From Antechinus flavipes (taxonomy: Eukaryota), in NCBI RefSeq assembly GCF_016432865.1, contig NC_067400.1, forward strand, positions 635,066,001-635,130,000: a DNA stretch of 64,000 bases, given 5' to 3'. Each line of letters opens with the position of its first letter. Within the stretch, counting starts at the first letter, position 1. A program made the position numbers and the translations under genes. Shown in pieces: positions 37,800 to 51,284 of this stretch. Under the pieces are notes generated by a model. That model saw only the letters and a list, made by a program, of their open reading frames with translations, was not told the DNA's origin and ran no database searches.

Positions 37800-38660
37800 T
37801 GGAGGCCTCATTTCCAAAATATATAAAGAACTGTGTCAAATTTATAAGAATACAAGTCATTCCCCAGTTGATAAATGGTCAGAGGATATGAACAGATAAT
37901 TTTCAGATGATGAAATTAAATCCATCTATGGTCATATGAAGAAATGTTCTCAGTCACTATTGATCAGAGAAATGCAAATTAAGACAACTGAGGCACTATA
38001 GCACATCTCTCAGATTGGCGAGGATGACAGGAAAAGCTGATCAGTGTTGGAGGGGATGTGGGAAAACTGGGACACTGATCCATTGTTGGTGGAGTTGTGA
38101 ACGGATCCAACCATTCTGGAGAGCAGTTTGGAACTAGGCCCAAAGGGCTATCAAACTCTGCATACCTTTTGATCCAGCAGTGTTTCTATGGGCTTGTGTG
38201 TCAAAGAAATTATAAAAGAAGGAAAAGGACCAAATGTTTCTTTGTGGTGGCAACAAATTGGAAAATGAGTAGATGCCCCTCAGGTGGGGAATGGCTGAAT
38301 GATTTGTATATTTTAAAATGAACAAGCCGATTATAGAAAAGCTGGATGCTTTTACAGGAACTGATGCTGAGCAAAAGAAGCAGAACCAGGAATCCATTGT
38401 ACACCGGAACAAGACTGTGCCTGATCAGCTGTGACAGACTTGGTCCTTCTCTGCAGCTCACTGATCCAAGGCGATCCTAATAGATTTTGGGTGGAAAACA
38501 CCATCTGCATCCAGAAAGAGAACTACGGAGATTAAATGTAAATCAATACAACGTTCATTTTCTTTTTCTGTTTTTTTTTTTTTTTTCTCTCGTGGCTTTT
38601 CCGTTTTGTTCTGATTTTTCTCTCCCAACATGATTCATAAAGAAATGTGTATTTAAAAAG
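37800..38660 (+). mobile_element. L1 3' end fragment
   Basis: ccagttgataaatggtcagaggatatgaacagataattttcagatg is the L1 ORF2 C-terminus, followed by 3' UTR. Confidence 0.85.
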
Positions 38661-38669
38661 TGGATATAA

Positions 38670-38812
38670 GGGCAGCTGATGGCACAGTGGATAGAGCACC
38701 AGCTCTGAAGTCAGGAGGACCAGAGTTCAAATCTAACCTCAGACACAACAATTCCTACCTGTGTGACCCTGGGCAAGTCACTTAACCCTAATCACCTCAG
38801 GAAAAAAAAAAA
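38670..38812 (+). mobile_element. Full-length tRNA-derived CORE-SINE (WSINE1-like) with A tail
   Basis: ggcagctgatggcacagtggatagagcacc...gagttcaaatc...ctgtgtgaccctgggcaagtcacttaacc...aaaa. Confidence 0.9.
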
Positions 38813-38921
38813 AGAATTTATATGTATAACCAGAAAAAAAGAGAAGTGGGGCTCCTGGTGTGACTAGTCTGGGAAAGGGAAAGGGCTAGCCTGGATCTCA
38901 GAGACGGTGATATCCCTCCAA

Positions 38922-39881
38922 CTATTCTCTAGTGTGAAGTTTGTGATGCTGGATCAGGTCCGAGCTATAGCGAAAGGCTTTCCCACACTGGTGACAGCCA
39001 TAGGGCTTCTCCCCGGTGTGAACCCTCCGGTGCTGAGTCAGGTGCGATCTCTGCACGAAGGCTTTGCCGCAGGCGCTGCACTGGAAGGGCTTCTCCCCGG
39101 TGTGAGTCCTCTGGTGCTCGATGAGGTAGGAGCTCACGCTGAAGGCTTTGCCGCAGACGCCGCACTGGTAGAGCTTCTCGCCGGTGTGAGTCCTCCGGTG
39201 CTGAGTGAGGTGGGAGCTCTGGACGAACGCCTTCCCGCACTGGGGACACTGGTAGGGCTTCTCGCCGCTGTGACTCCTCCGGTGTGTGACGAGGGCCGTC
39301 TTCCACATGAAGGCTCTCCCGCACTCGGGGCACGCGTAGGGCTTCTCCCCGGTGTGGACCCTGCGGTGCTGGCTCAGGTCCGAGCTGCCCTTGAAGGCCT
39401 TCCCGCACTCGGGGCACTCGTAGGGCTTCTCCCCGGTGTGGACCTTGTGGTGCTCGATGAGGGACGAGCTGCGGCCGAAGGCGCGGCCGCAGCGGCCGCA
39501 CGGGTAGGGCCTCTCCCCGCTGTGGCTCCTCTGGTGCTTGCGGAGGTCCGAGCTCCACCGGAAGGCCTTCCCGCACTCGGGACACGCGTAGGGCTTCTCT
39601 CCCGTGTGCACCCTCCGGTGCAGGCTCAGAGCTGAGTTTTGCAGGAAGGTTTTCCCGCATTCGCCACACTCGTGGGGCTTGTCTCGGGCTGCCGCGGGGG
39701 GACTCCGCCCAGTCCCCGGGGCACCCCGTTCCAGAGAGCGACCTTCCTCCCCCTGGGGGCTTTTCCGGGGCCACGCCACAGCCTCGGGGGGCGCCCCTTC
39801 CCCGCGCTTCCCCAGCGGGTCCCCTCCACGAGCTTCAGCAAACCCGGGGCCCAGGGGCCAGCTCCCCTCTAGTGTCTCCAT
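38922..39881 (-). CDS. C2H2 zinc-finger protein, 9 intact tandem fingers (319-aa ORF in a terminal exon starting at 39939)
   Basis: Nine CxxC...HxxxH fingers with TGEKP-type linkers and no stops; ctctttcag acceptor at 39940; ATG in GTAATGG context. Confidence 0.93.
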   Translation of the reverse strand: METLEGSWPLGPGFAEARGGDPLGKRGEGAPPEAVAWPRKSPQGEEGRSLERGAPGTGRSPPAAARDKPHECGECGKTFLQNSALSLHRRVHTGEKPYACPECGKAFRWSSDLRKHQRSHSGERPYPCGRCGRAFGRSSSLIEHHKVHTGEKPYECPECGKAFKGSSDLSQHRRVHTGEKPYACPECGRAFMWKTALVTHRRSHSGEKPYQCPQCGKAFVQSSHLTQHRRTHTGEKLYQCGVCGKAFSVSSYLIEHQRTHTGEKPFQCSACGKAFVQRSHLTQHRRVHTGEKPYGCHQCGKAFRYSSDLIQHHKLHTRE

Positions 39882-40539
39882 TACTGCCCCGGGTCTTCTC
39901 GTAGAGCAGGTGCCTGAGTCTCAGTCCCAGCCTCCCCGTCTGAAAGAGATCGAAAATGGACATGTCACCGTGGTGGGCGCCGGGGAGGGAGGGACGGCGA
40001 CCCCAGGAAGCTCGAGGGTTTGGGGCGCGGCTGGAAGGGGGAGCTGGGCGGGGCCTGGCCGACCGGAGGCGGAGGGGCCCTGCCCAAGGAGGGAGAGGGG
40101 GCTGAAGGAGCGGTGGGCTGCTGGGGGAAGGTGCGCTTCTCTCCCTAAGGATTAGGCGTCCTGTCCGTGGGCGGCCCGGCGACCACGGAGGTCTCCAAAC
40201 AGAAGAGGAAGCCCCGTGCCAGCCACTCTGGCCCACCTGGCTACCCATGGAATGGGGGCGTTCCGCTATGCCCATTTCCCAGATGAGGCAATTGACTGCC
40301 AGGGAGCTCAAGGGCTCAAGGCTAGCGGGCGGCCAAGTCGGGTTTGGCAGTCTCTTCGGCCATCTCCTTCACAGATGGAAGGAGCAGGAAAGATTGTGGA
40401 TGAAAGCCTATGGGGAAGGTTTTCCCAAGGGCCCTGTGGAAGGGGTGGGGGAACGAGGCAAAGGGAGATGGAGAAAGGTCGGCATGAAAGCAACAATGGA
40501 GAGCATAGAACAGGGGAGTTTTTTAATCACCAGTGAATG

Positions 40540-42700
40540 ACTCTAGGCTGGGCCTCCAGGCCCTCTTTGGGGGTTATATAGCTCAGGTGGGGTGGGGGGA
40601 AAAAGCAGACTTTTCTCTCCTCTCTCAGCAGACAGACCAAGCAAGGAGAAGTGGGAATATCCCTTGGGAGACCAGCCCCAGGAAGACCGCAGCTCTGTGG
40701 CTCACAGATCCATCAGGGACAGGCCCATAGGCTCATAGCTCAAACCAAACCGGGGCTAGGAAACTGCTGAGCCCTGGATCAGACCCTCTTGTGAGCGCTG
40801 AAAGCTTGCAGGGCTCCAATCCGAGCTATCTCTGAGATCCTGGAATAAGATATACTCAGTACCCCCAAGAAATCAGCAGCAAGGTCAGCCCAGCCATTCC
40901 CTCCGAAAGTGTGTGGAGCCCAGTCCTAAAATCACACACAAAAAGAGAACCTCACCCCCTCCAACAACAACAAAAGAAAGGTATTACAGAGGTAGGGAAA
41001 CTCAAAGCACAAACCCAGAAAAGAATGACTCCAAAACATCTACAAGTAAAGCCTCAAAGAAAAACACAGCTCAGGCATAAACTCAACTAAAATTCCCGGA
41101 AAAGATAAAGAAGTTGTTTTTAAGAAATTGCTTAATAAATGAGAGTGCAAGAGGAAAACAGGGAAAGAAACAAAAGGTATGAAAGAAAGAACTAGAAAGG
41201 AAATCAACTGCTCTTTTCTAGTTCTTTCATAGCTTCTGTTTCTTTAAGAGGTACCACACCTTAACCACGGAATAAATTCCCTGAAGATGAGAATGGACCA
41301 AATAGAAGACAATGACTCTATGACAAAAATCACTAAAGCAAAATAAAAGGATTGGGAAAATAGAAGAAAAAGGAAAGTAGTACAAAGAAAAACATGGAGA
41401 TTATTTAAGAGATTGGGTGGAAGGTCATTGAAGAAAACGTGGACTATGTGAAAATTGATGAACAATTAAAAAAAAAGAGCCCAGGCAGCATATTTTAAGA
41501 AATCACAAAACTGCCCAGATCTCTTGGAATCAGAGAAATAGATATTTAAAAGAAAACCCAGCCCCTTACCAAAAAAAAAGCCCACAAATGAAATGTCCCA
41601 AGAATATCACAGCCAAAGTTCAGAGCTCCCAGGTCAAAGAACAAATTACTGCTAGCAGCCAGAAAGAATTCAAATATGAAGACCCCAGGGCAAATCACGC
41701 CTGATTTATCTACCATTACTAGAAAGAAATGGAGAGTTTGAAATTTGGAACTCCAGAAGGTAAAAAGTCTAGGTTTATAACCAAAAGGTTTGCCCAGCAA
41801 AATGACGTGTAATCCTCCGGCGGGGGGAAAGTGGCTCTTCGATGTAATAGACTTCCAGGCATTCCTGAGAAGACGACAAAGGAAGTATAAAATGTTGGAA
41901 TGCCAACAAGGAGTCAAGAGAAACAGAAAAAGGCAAAAATAAGCAAAGACCGAGCCGTTTACATTCTGATGGAGAGAAATGGGCAGCAGGTTCCCTCAGA
42001 ACTCTCACATCATCGAGCGTCACAGAGGGAGAAGTAGACACAAGGCTTGGATTTTTTTCCTATCTTATAAAAGGGGAGGGAGAGGAAGGATGGGGGAAAT
42101 CCTCTCACACCATTAGGGTTTCCACATCTGGGGGGAAAGGGTGGGGAGAGTGGGCAAGCTGCTCAAAGGGAGAACTCGCTCAGTTGGTACAGAAACACTT
42201 GTGAAGGAATATTAGGGGGGACGACTTCAGAGAAGCCTGCCCAGAGAACCATCTGCGGACTGACAACAAAACCCTGGAAAGTCTTAACTCCGAGCGGCCT
42301 TGGGACTCGGCTTGGTGCACAGGGAAGGCTTGGTCGTTTTGTATTTGACATGATCAATGTGGAAATTGGTCTTGCTGTACATGGTTAAAACAGGACTTAG
42401 TGGTTTTATCTCAGTGGGAAGAATAATTTACTGACAGATTTTGCATCTTGGAGTCTCATTTGCCTCTTCCTGCATTTCCACCCTCTGAACCCTTGGAAGT
42501 CCCCCTTTGGGGTGCACCACATGCACTGAGCTGGACCCGGTTTATCTGCCAGCCTTGTGGAACACAAACACATTTCTCTAGGGCTGCCTGTGTCTTTTCT
42601 GTATCTTTTCCATGGAAGGAGAGCAAGTCAGTATTTTCTAATAGAAATAATTGGAAATATTGACTTGCTTGCTAATAAAAAATAATTAAAAATTTTAAAA
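40540..42700 (+). mobile_element. Degenerate L1 (5'/ORF1 region and 3' fragment)
   Basis: A-rich ORF1-like text (cagccaaagttcagagctcccaggtcaaagaacaaattact...ccaaaagg...ccagcaaaa). Confidence 0.65.
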
Positions 42701-42754
42701 AAGACTCCCAGGAATTGGGATCCCAGCAGCCTCAGGCCCCAGTTATGTGCATGT

Positions 42755-42805
<51 letters not shown>

Positions 42806-43365
42806 TGGTGCAGCTGCCTGACCTCCTGATTCTAGCTCCAGGGGTCAAGCAGAATGACTCTGATACTCTCCCAGGGCCTGTCCTTCATACCCTTGAATTC
42901 AGCTCTTCTATCTGCTTCCATCCCCTGGTATGAGCGCCTGGCCCTCCCCTCTGGTCAGCAGCACCTGTTTAAACAGGGCCAGGCTCCAGAGAAGGTCTGA
43001 ATTCTCAGTATCTTGGTCCTAGGGAGCTCGGCATCCTCACCCAGACCAGAGGCTTCTGCTCAGCCACACAAGCATCATCCTAATGGACTGGGAGCTGCCC
43101 AGGGCAGGGTCCAGGTCTGAGTTCCTCCTCCAGGCTTTCCCACATCCTCTGACCTTACAGGACCCCAACCCAGGGCGAATTCTTCGGGGCTGAGTTGGAG
43201 GACGTGAGGCTAGTGTAAGGGCTCCCTCTCCTCATGGGTGGGACAGTCTATCTTGGGACACCAAGCCCAACTGCCCTGGCGGAGGATTCCTGCACCCCAG
43301 CCACCGCGCTAAGCCCTTCACAAATATCCCCTCACTTGATCTACACAAGATCAAGGACACCTTCA

Positions 43366-44387
<1,022 letters not shown>

Positions 44388-44870
44388 CTGAAAGACATAA
44401 AAACCGCACATGTTCCCTGGCTGGTAGTAGTGAAGGAAAAGCACATGGCAATGCGGGCAGGCGTCCCACACAGTGGCAGCAGAGGTGGCCCCGACGGGAG
44501 AGAGAGCCCAAGGAGGGCAGCTGGGAGAGCCACTGACCGGGCACTGAACAGAGAAACAAGAGGAAGGCGCAGCAGAGGGGAGGCTGGCCATGGCCCAGCC
44601 CTGGCCCTTCCTCTACCTCATCCTCCTGTCCCGGGTGGGGTCACCATGTCCCCACTCTCCCCCCACCACTGAAGGACAAAACCCACAGTTCTTCTGGTTT
44701 CTGTTGATATTGTCAGATTTAGCACAGTGCCCTGCACACAGCACGCTGACTTCCCTAATTCCAGCATCTCGGGCAGGGACCACAAGGTCTGTTAGGAACT
44801 ACTGTGGACCAGCTAACGCCCTCGCTCTAAGGCTCCAGCATCTGGTGTTAGCCAGTATTAACTAGAGGAA

Positions 44871-45830
44871 TACCACTAGGGGGCAGCCCTAGTGCTGAGC
44901 ATGATTAACTCTATGGGGACACCACTAGGGAGCAGCCCTGGTGCTGAGCATGATTAACTCTATGGAGACACCACTAGGGGGCAGCCCTGGTGCTGGGCAG
45001 CATTAACTCTATGGGGACACCACTAGGGGGCAGCCCTAGTGCTGAGCATGATTAACTCTATGGAGACACCACTAGGGGGCAGCCCTGGTGCTGGGCAGCA
45101 TTAACTCCAGAGGGACACCACTAGGGGGCAGCCCTGGTGCTGGGCAGCATTAACTCTATGGAGACACCACTAGGGGGCAGCCCTAGTGCTGAGCATGATT
45201 AACTCTATGGGGACACCACTAGGGGGCAGCCCTAGTGCTGAGCATGATTAACTCTATGGAGACACCACTAGGGGGCAGCCCTGGTGCTGGGCAGCATTAA
45301 CTCCAGAGGGACACCACTAGGGGGCAGCCCTGGTGCTGGGCAGCATTAACTCCAGAGGGACACCACTAGGGGGCAGCCCTAGTGCTGAGCATGATTAACT
45401 CTATGGGGACACCACTAGGGGGCAGCCCTAGTGCTGAGCATGATTAACTCTATGGGGACACCACTAGGGGGCAGCCCTGGTGCTGGGCAGCATTAACTCC
45501 AGAGGGACACCACTAGGGGGCAGCCCTGGTGCTGGGCGGCATTAACTCCAGAGCGACACCACTAGGGGGCAGCCCTGGTGCTGGGCGGCATTAACTCCAG
45601 AGGGACACCACTAGGGGGCAGCCCTGGTGCTGGGCGGCATTAACTCCAGAGGGACACCACTAGGGGGCAGCCCTGGTGCTGGGCAGCATTAACTCTATGG
45701 GGACACCACTAGGGGGCAGCCCTAGTGCTGAGCATGATTAACTCTATGGAGACACCACTAGGGGGCAGCCCTGGTGCTGGGCAGCATTAACTCCAGAGCG
45801 ACACCACTAGGGGGCAGCCCTGGTGCTGGG
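44871..45830 (+). repeat. 49-bp minisatellite, 20 units, each with a CTCF core motif
   Basis: ccactagg every 49 bp from 44873 to 45804; 19 units read CCACTAGGGGGCAG and one reads CCACTAGGGAGCAG. Confidence 0.95.
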
Positions 45831-48555
45831 CATTGATAACTCCAGGAGGACACCGGGGCCGACCCAATCTTGGGAGGCACCAGGGTTACTCTTAAAGACC
45901 CACATCCCTTAGCTGGAACCTGTGCCCACTACTCCAGTCCCCTGGAGGAAGGTGGCAGGGCAGCCTCACCTGCCACGGGTCCAAAGCTGCCCCATCTCCC
46001 TGGGTTGGGTCCGAGGGCCCACAGCTATCCCTCCTCTCCCAGTCCGGGCCCAAAGGGAGCTCCGTAGGAGGCATGTGTCCCGAGGGTCTCAGGGCCCGGA
46101 AAGTCTCTACCAGTGGCCCCTGCTGGGGAATCTGGGGGTCCTAACAGCGGGGGCAGAGGGACGTGGGAGCGCCCTGCCCCCGTGGTTGGGGGGGCCAAGC
46201 TTGGGCAGCTGGTGAAAGCCTTCGGAGGCACCAGGGCGGAGCCGGTCTTTCCTCCCCACGAGGTCCTTCCCGGGATCCTTTGCGGAACTTGGGGCCAGCC
46301 TCTGCCTTGGCCCACCAGGTGCGATCAGCAGCCGCGGCGCTGGGGTGCCAGGCCCGGTCCGGGCAGCCGCCAGTGATCTTTGAGGCACCTCATGCTGCTG
46401 TCGGGGAGGCCCGAGTTCAAACTGAGCCCTGAGTAAGACCCCGAGCCCTGCCTCTGTTTCCCCAAGTGTAAAACGGAGGGCATAACAGCCCTTCACCAGG
46501 ACCAGAGGAGGTGGCTGTAGAGCCTTAACTCGGCCAGGTCCTAGTCCACAGGAGGCGCTAATTTCTTACCTCAAAGGACTTTGAGTAGGTGGGAAACCCG
46601 GGGTGCTCAGGCTGCCAACATTATGCACCTACTGCGTCCCTCCTCCAAGCCCATCCCAAGCTACCGGCAGGCCACTCCCCTGGGCCCCCAAACCCTCTCC
46701 AGATGGCTCCATTCAGTTCAGTCCTGGGTCCTGGCCGGGCTCTTCCGGTCCCTACCGGTTTCCCAGCCCCTTCTCTGGCACTCCCTCCCAGCCGTGTCCC
46801 ACGTGGTCACACCCCCCAGCAAAGGCACTGGAGGCTCCCAGAACCCTCGGTCCAACCTCCTCCAGGCTCCAGGGCACTTTCCCGAGGCCCCCCAGGAGGG
46901 CCCCCAGGGGGCAGGCGGGGCAGGCGGGAAGCGGGCAGATACCCCAGTTCCTGCCCCCCTCCCCCCCAGCGGAGGCAATCCTCCCGGAAACGAGTTCCCT
47001 CGCGCTAGGAGCAGGGCTATGCAGCGCCCCCTCCCCTCCCCTCCCTCCCGCAGGCTCCTCAAGGGCTTCCAGTGAGTGCTGCCCCCCCACGGGAACGGCT
47101 TTTAACCCCCTAGGCCCTCGCTGTCTGGGCAGAGCTGTCTGCCCCCCACCTCCCCCAGGCGGGTAGTTGCAAGTACCGGGTCAGCCCCCTGACTGACAGG
47201 CTGGGCCACCGCCCAGCCCCCACACCCTACACCCCGCCCCCACCCAGTCCCCATGCCCTACACCCCGCCCCCACCCAGCCCCCACGCCCTGCACCACGCC
47301 CCCACGCCCTGTACCCCGCCCCTACCGGCCCCCACGCCACAGGCCCCCAGCACACCACGGGGGCTGAATGAACGCTTGTGGATTGTGATCCGCCCTGGGA
47401 AGGGCCCCTCCAGCCCGGAGCCCTCAGGAGACTGAAGACACAGACAGAGCCCAAGGATTATGGAGAGAAGAGGAGGACAGGCGGGGAGGAGGGGATTCTG
47501 AACTGGGAGGAGCGATCAGAACGGCAATAAGCATTTAGGAAGCACCGGCTGTATGCCCCATTCAAACATGCTCTCCACCCGGTCAATGCCGGTGTGATTC
47601 TCGTTTTACAGAAAAGGAAACAGAGGCAAGCAGCATTTCAGGGGGTGAGGAGAGCCGGCTCGTTGCCAGGGAGGCCACCAAGGCCTCCCTCGGGCTGGAG
47701 TCTCCAGGGAAGGGCCCTCCCCAGGCCCCCAAAAGGTCTTCAAAGACTCTCAGAACATCGGGCCAAAGACAAGAAGGAAATACGCTGTTAGGCCAGCAAG
47801 TCGAAGAGAATCTGGGGGTCTGAGTGCTTGCCACCGGCTCAGGGGGCAGGGGGTGGGGGAGGAGGCCTGGCACCCAGGCCTAAAGACAACGAGGGAGCTT
47901 GAGAGCCGAGATCTGAACCCCCAGGGGAGAAAAGAGCTCCCCTAGTCTCCCCGAACTGGAGGAAGAAGCTTTGGGGGGGAGGGGGGAAGGGAGGACTTCA
48001 GCTCCCTTTTTGGCTTGGAGTCCAGGCTTTGGGGACCTCCTACAGTCCACAAGCAGGGGCTCCCCTGGGCCCAGAAGCCCTGAGTTCAAATCCGGAGTCA
48101 GAGGCGTGCTAGGTGTGTGACTGCCTCATCTGTAAAATGGGGATCAAAATCTCCCCTCCATCCCAGAGACGCGGGGGGATCGGATTTAAGCCGTCAGCAC
48201 GGGGCTTGGCACATAGTAGGAGCTTCGTAACGGCAAGTTGCCTTCCTTTCTTCTGCCTCTCTGCAGGGAATGGCGCCGGGCAGTCCCGGCCTTCCAGGCG
48301 CTCCGGGCTAACCAGGAGTTAAGAGAAGCAGAACAAGCATCTATGCAGCCCCTGCTGTGTGCGGGCGCCGGCTTTGGGGGGACCAAAGGCTCAGAGGAGG
48401 GGTTAGCGTCTGGGGAAGGAGATGGGGAGGGGGCTATAGACACCCGGCACCCCGTTTCTCAGCAGACGGGGGACGGGACGCTAGGAAGGTGGCCCCCAAA
48501 CCCTCATTTTCAACCTCCCACGCCCATCCGCCCTACGGTGCAGGGCAGGACTCAC

Positions 48556-48830
48556 CCCCTGCCAGCCCCGAGCTGGACAAAGCGGACAGCGCCAGACTCC
48601 CGACGCACTGCGCCTGCGTCCAGGAGGCACGGACTACGACTCCCAAGATTCCCCGGACTCGCGCTTGCGCACAATAGGCAGCTTGACCCTCCCCCACTCT
48701 TACTGAGTGACATCACTTTCCAGGTGACTCTGAGACCTGCTGGGAAATGGAGTCCTGCCAGAGGATGGCCACAGGCTCTGATGAGTCAGTGTGGAGCGGG
48801 AGGCGGCAGGATCTGGACTCCATGGTAACC
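48556..48830. promoter_or_regulatory. CpG-rich promoter with a minus-strand first-exon donor
   Basis: g|gtgagt donor at 48555; NRF1-like tgcgcctgcg at 48609; SBS-like actacgactcccaagattcc at 48633; opposite-strand SBS-like ctgggaaatggagtcc near 48740; RFX-like ctccatggtaac near 48820. Confidence 0.65.
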
Positions 48831-49277
48831 GGAGCGATGCCGGGCACGGACCGTGGCCAGACGGCCCCTCACCCCCACAGTGGGCTGACCCAGGACAGGG
48901 GAGCCCCGTTCCTTACTGCCCAGGCCCCACCCCCACTCTGGGACTGATTAAGCACCTACTGCATACACGGCTCCCAGCCTTCGCTGCATCCCCTCCCCAG
49001 CCTTGGATCCGGCAGAGCCCGACTTGGGGCTCCATTAATTTCTCTCCTACCCTTGGAGATCATTTGGGGTGAGCTCTGGCCTAGTGGGGAAAGCCTGCCC
49101 CCGGGGAGCCCCCCAGCACCGTGCTGCTAGTCTGCAGGACCCCAGGAGGCAGCTGGGGGGCGCCACCGAGGATACACTGGGGGTCTCAAGTCCAGAGGGC
49201 CTGGGTTCAAATGCAGCCTCAAAGGCCATCGCTGTAAAAAGCCACTCAATAAATGCACATACGCTTCCTGTCCCGGT

Positions 49278-49680
49278 GAGGACGAGGTTGGCACATGGTG
49301 CCCTCGGAAGGCCCTTCCTCCTGCGCCTTCTCTGGGGAGGACGAGGTTGGCACAAGGTGCCCTCGGAAGGCCCTTCCTCCTGCGCCTTCTCTGGGGAGGA
49401 GGTTGGCACACGGTGCCCTCGGAAGGCCCTCCCTCCTGTGCCTTCTCTGGGGAGGAGGTTGGCACACGGTACCCTCGGAAGGCCCTTCCTCCTGCGCCTT
49501 CTCTGGGGAGGAGGTTGGCACACAGTGCCCTCGGAAGGCCCTTCCTCCTGCGCCTTCTCTGGGGAGGAGGTTGGCACACGGTGCCCTCGGAAGGCCCTCC
49601 CTCCTGCGCCTTCTCTGGTGAGGACAAGGTTGGCACATGGTGCCCTCGGAAGGCCCTCCCTCCTGCGCCTTCTCTGGGGC
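49278..49680. repeat. 56/59-bp minisatellite, 7 units
   Basis: (g/a)aggttggcac anchor at 49284, 49343, 49399, 49455, 49511, 49567 and 49626. Confidence 0.92.
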
Positions 49681-50703
49681 GCACCCGCCACGCTCCTGCA
49701 GCTTCTCTCTGGTATAATAACTATAATATATAATAAAAGCTATAATAATAAAAAGAAAGTGGGATCTGTGGGCTCCCGGGCACCCGGGAAGGACAGGCCA
49801 GCAGGTGTCCAGGTACCCCGAGCCCCAGGCACTGTCAGACACAGGGGAGGGGGGAGGGGAGGAGGGGAAGCCCCTCTGTTGCACATGACCTTCCATGTTT
49901 TTAATATTGTTTTTCCCCTTCGAGAAAATGCAGACTTTTAATAAAGGGAAAAAAACAAAAACCAAAAAAAAAAAAAAAAAACCCTTTCATTAAAAAATAG
50001 GAAATGACATGGGATTTGGAGTCAGAGATCAGGGTAATCCTGACTGGATCAGCTGGGCCAAGCCATGCTCCAGGCTGCCTCAGTTTCCCAGGCAGTGCCC
50101 ATGGGCTTGGCCTGAATGGCCCCTGTCCCTGCCTCCCCTTCCCTGTCTGAGGTCCCTGACCCCAGAGTGCCCCCTCCCCCTCTACCTGCTGCCCCCCCAT
50201 TCCATCCCAACTGCCCCCTGCAAGTGGCCGCTGGCCTTTTCTCAGGGCCCATCCTGGCAGCCCGGGGCGCAGCTGGGCCCCCTGCTGCACGGCTCTGCTC
50301 TCTGGGGGTCTGGGGGCCCGTCCCCCTCCCCCTCCCCACTCCTGGGTCTTCTTGCCTGGACCTGCCTCCGGATCACACCCTCCGATCCTCCGCCCTGGAG
50401 CCCCCCACTATCTCACAAGGGGACATCTTTGGCTCCCGTGAATTTAAGGATCCCCCTCGTGCCCCAAAGTCCTCAGGAAGGTGGGGTCCCAAAGACCTGC
50501 TCCAGGAGCAATGGCGGCCGGTTCTGGACATGGGCGGGGGCAGGGGTGCTGGGGGCAGCCGCAAGGATGGAGGGCTCAGGAAAGACTCTTTTCTCTTTGT
50601 AAAATGGGGATCACAACAGCACCTGCCTCCTCAGGTGGCCGTGAGGACAGAGGGATGAGGACTCGGCCGGCACGGATAAGGCAGGAGACAAACGGTGCTA
50701 TTA

Positions 50704-50709
50704 TTTATT
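50704..50709 (-). terminator. Candidate polyadenylation signal for the TRIM-like ORF
   Basis: AATAAA on the minus strand about 210 nt after the stop codon. Confidence 0.45.
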
Positions 50710-50918
50710 ATTGCACATCCGCCCATCCAGGCCCGGGCGCGGCTTCGGGGGCCACACTGTCGGGAGCACGGGGAGCTTCGGCCGGAGAGCAAACACGGGA
50801 ACGAGAAGACCAACGGGGAGGCCGGCCGGGCACAGCGGGGCTTGCCCCCGCCCCTCCCTGGCCGGTGCAGCGCCTCTCCCCCGCCCCAGCACCTGTGATG
50901 GGCAAAGGCTGCCCTCGC

Positions 50919-51284
50919 TCACTCACTGTGGGGGCTCGGGGGGCCGAGGGGGACCATGTGGTGCTCCCAGTGCTCCAGGGAGTATCTGCACACTTTGCAC
51001 GCGGGCTCCCGGTCCTGGCAGCAGAAGAGCGAGAAGGGCTCCATGTGCAGGGGGCAGTGGTCCCGGGGAAGCTCGCTGGGCTGCTGGGGCTGCAGGCGCA
51101 GCAGCAGGGACCGCACTCTGTCCAGGCGCAGGCTGGTCCGCAGCTCCCCGGGGGCCTCCCCGGGGAAGCAGGCCCGGCACCAGGTGCGGCCGCAGGGGCT
51201 CGTGACCGGGTCCTGGAACAAGTTCCTGCAGACCGGACACAAGAGCTCCTTCTCCAAGGCCCGGATCACCAGGTCAGTGTCCAT
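50919..51284 (-). CDS. Truncated TRIM-like protein: degenerate RING plus B-box2 (121 aa); may be a pseudogene
   Basis: tttcccacag acceptor (exon starts 51288), ACCATGG Kozak; ELLCPVC...PCGRTWCRAC and CPLH...FCCQDREPACKVCRYSLEHWEHHMVPL. Confidence 0.75.
   Translation of the reverse strand: MDTDLVIRALEKELLCPVCRNLFQDPVTSPCGRTWCRACFPGEAPGELRTSLRLDRVRSLLLRLQPQQPSELPRDHCPLHMEPFSLFCCQDREPACKVCRYSLEHWEHHMVPLGPPSPHSE

Noticed and set aside
38922-39881. Assigning a human ZNF symbol
   Set aside because: I could not confidently match the finger fingerprint to a named gene from memory
44871-45830. CRISPR-like regular array (also 13379-13940 and 24730-25150)
   Set aside because: Units are tandem copies with no unique spacers, there are no cas genes, and the DNA is mammalian
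46160-46340. Possible SCAN-domain remnant on the minus strand
   Set aside because: None of the core SCAN motifs (FRQF, LRELCxQWL, LVLEQFL) is present
47641-47825. Plus-strand GEESRLVAREATK stretch resembling a ZNF terminal-exon spacer (similar hints at 14.45-14.9 kb and 10.3-10.53 kb)
   Set aside because: No zinc fingers follow and the similarity is too weak to support
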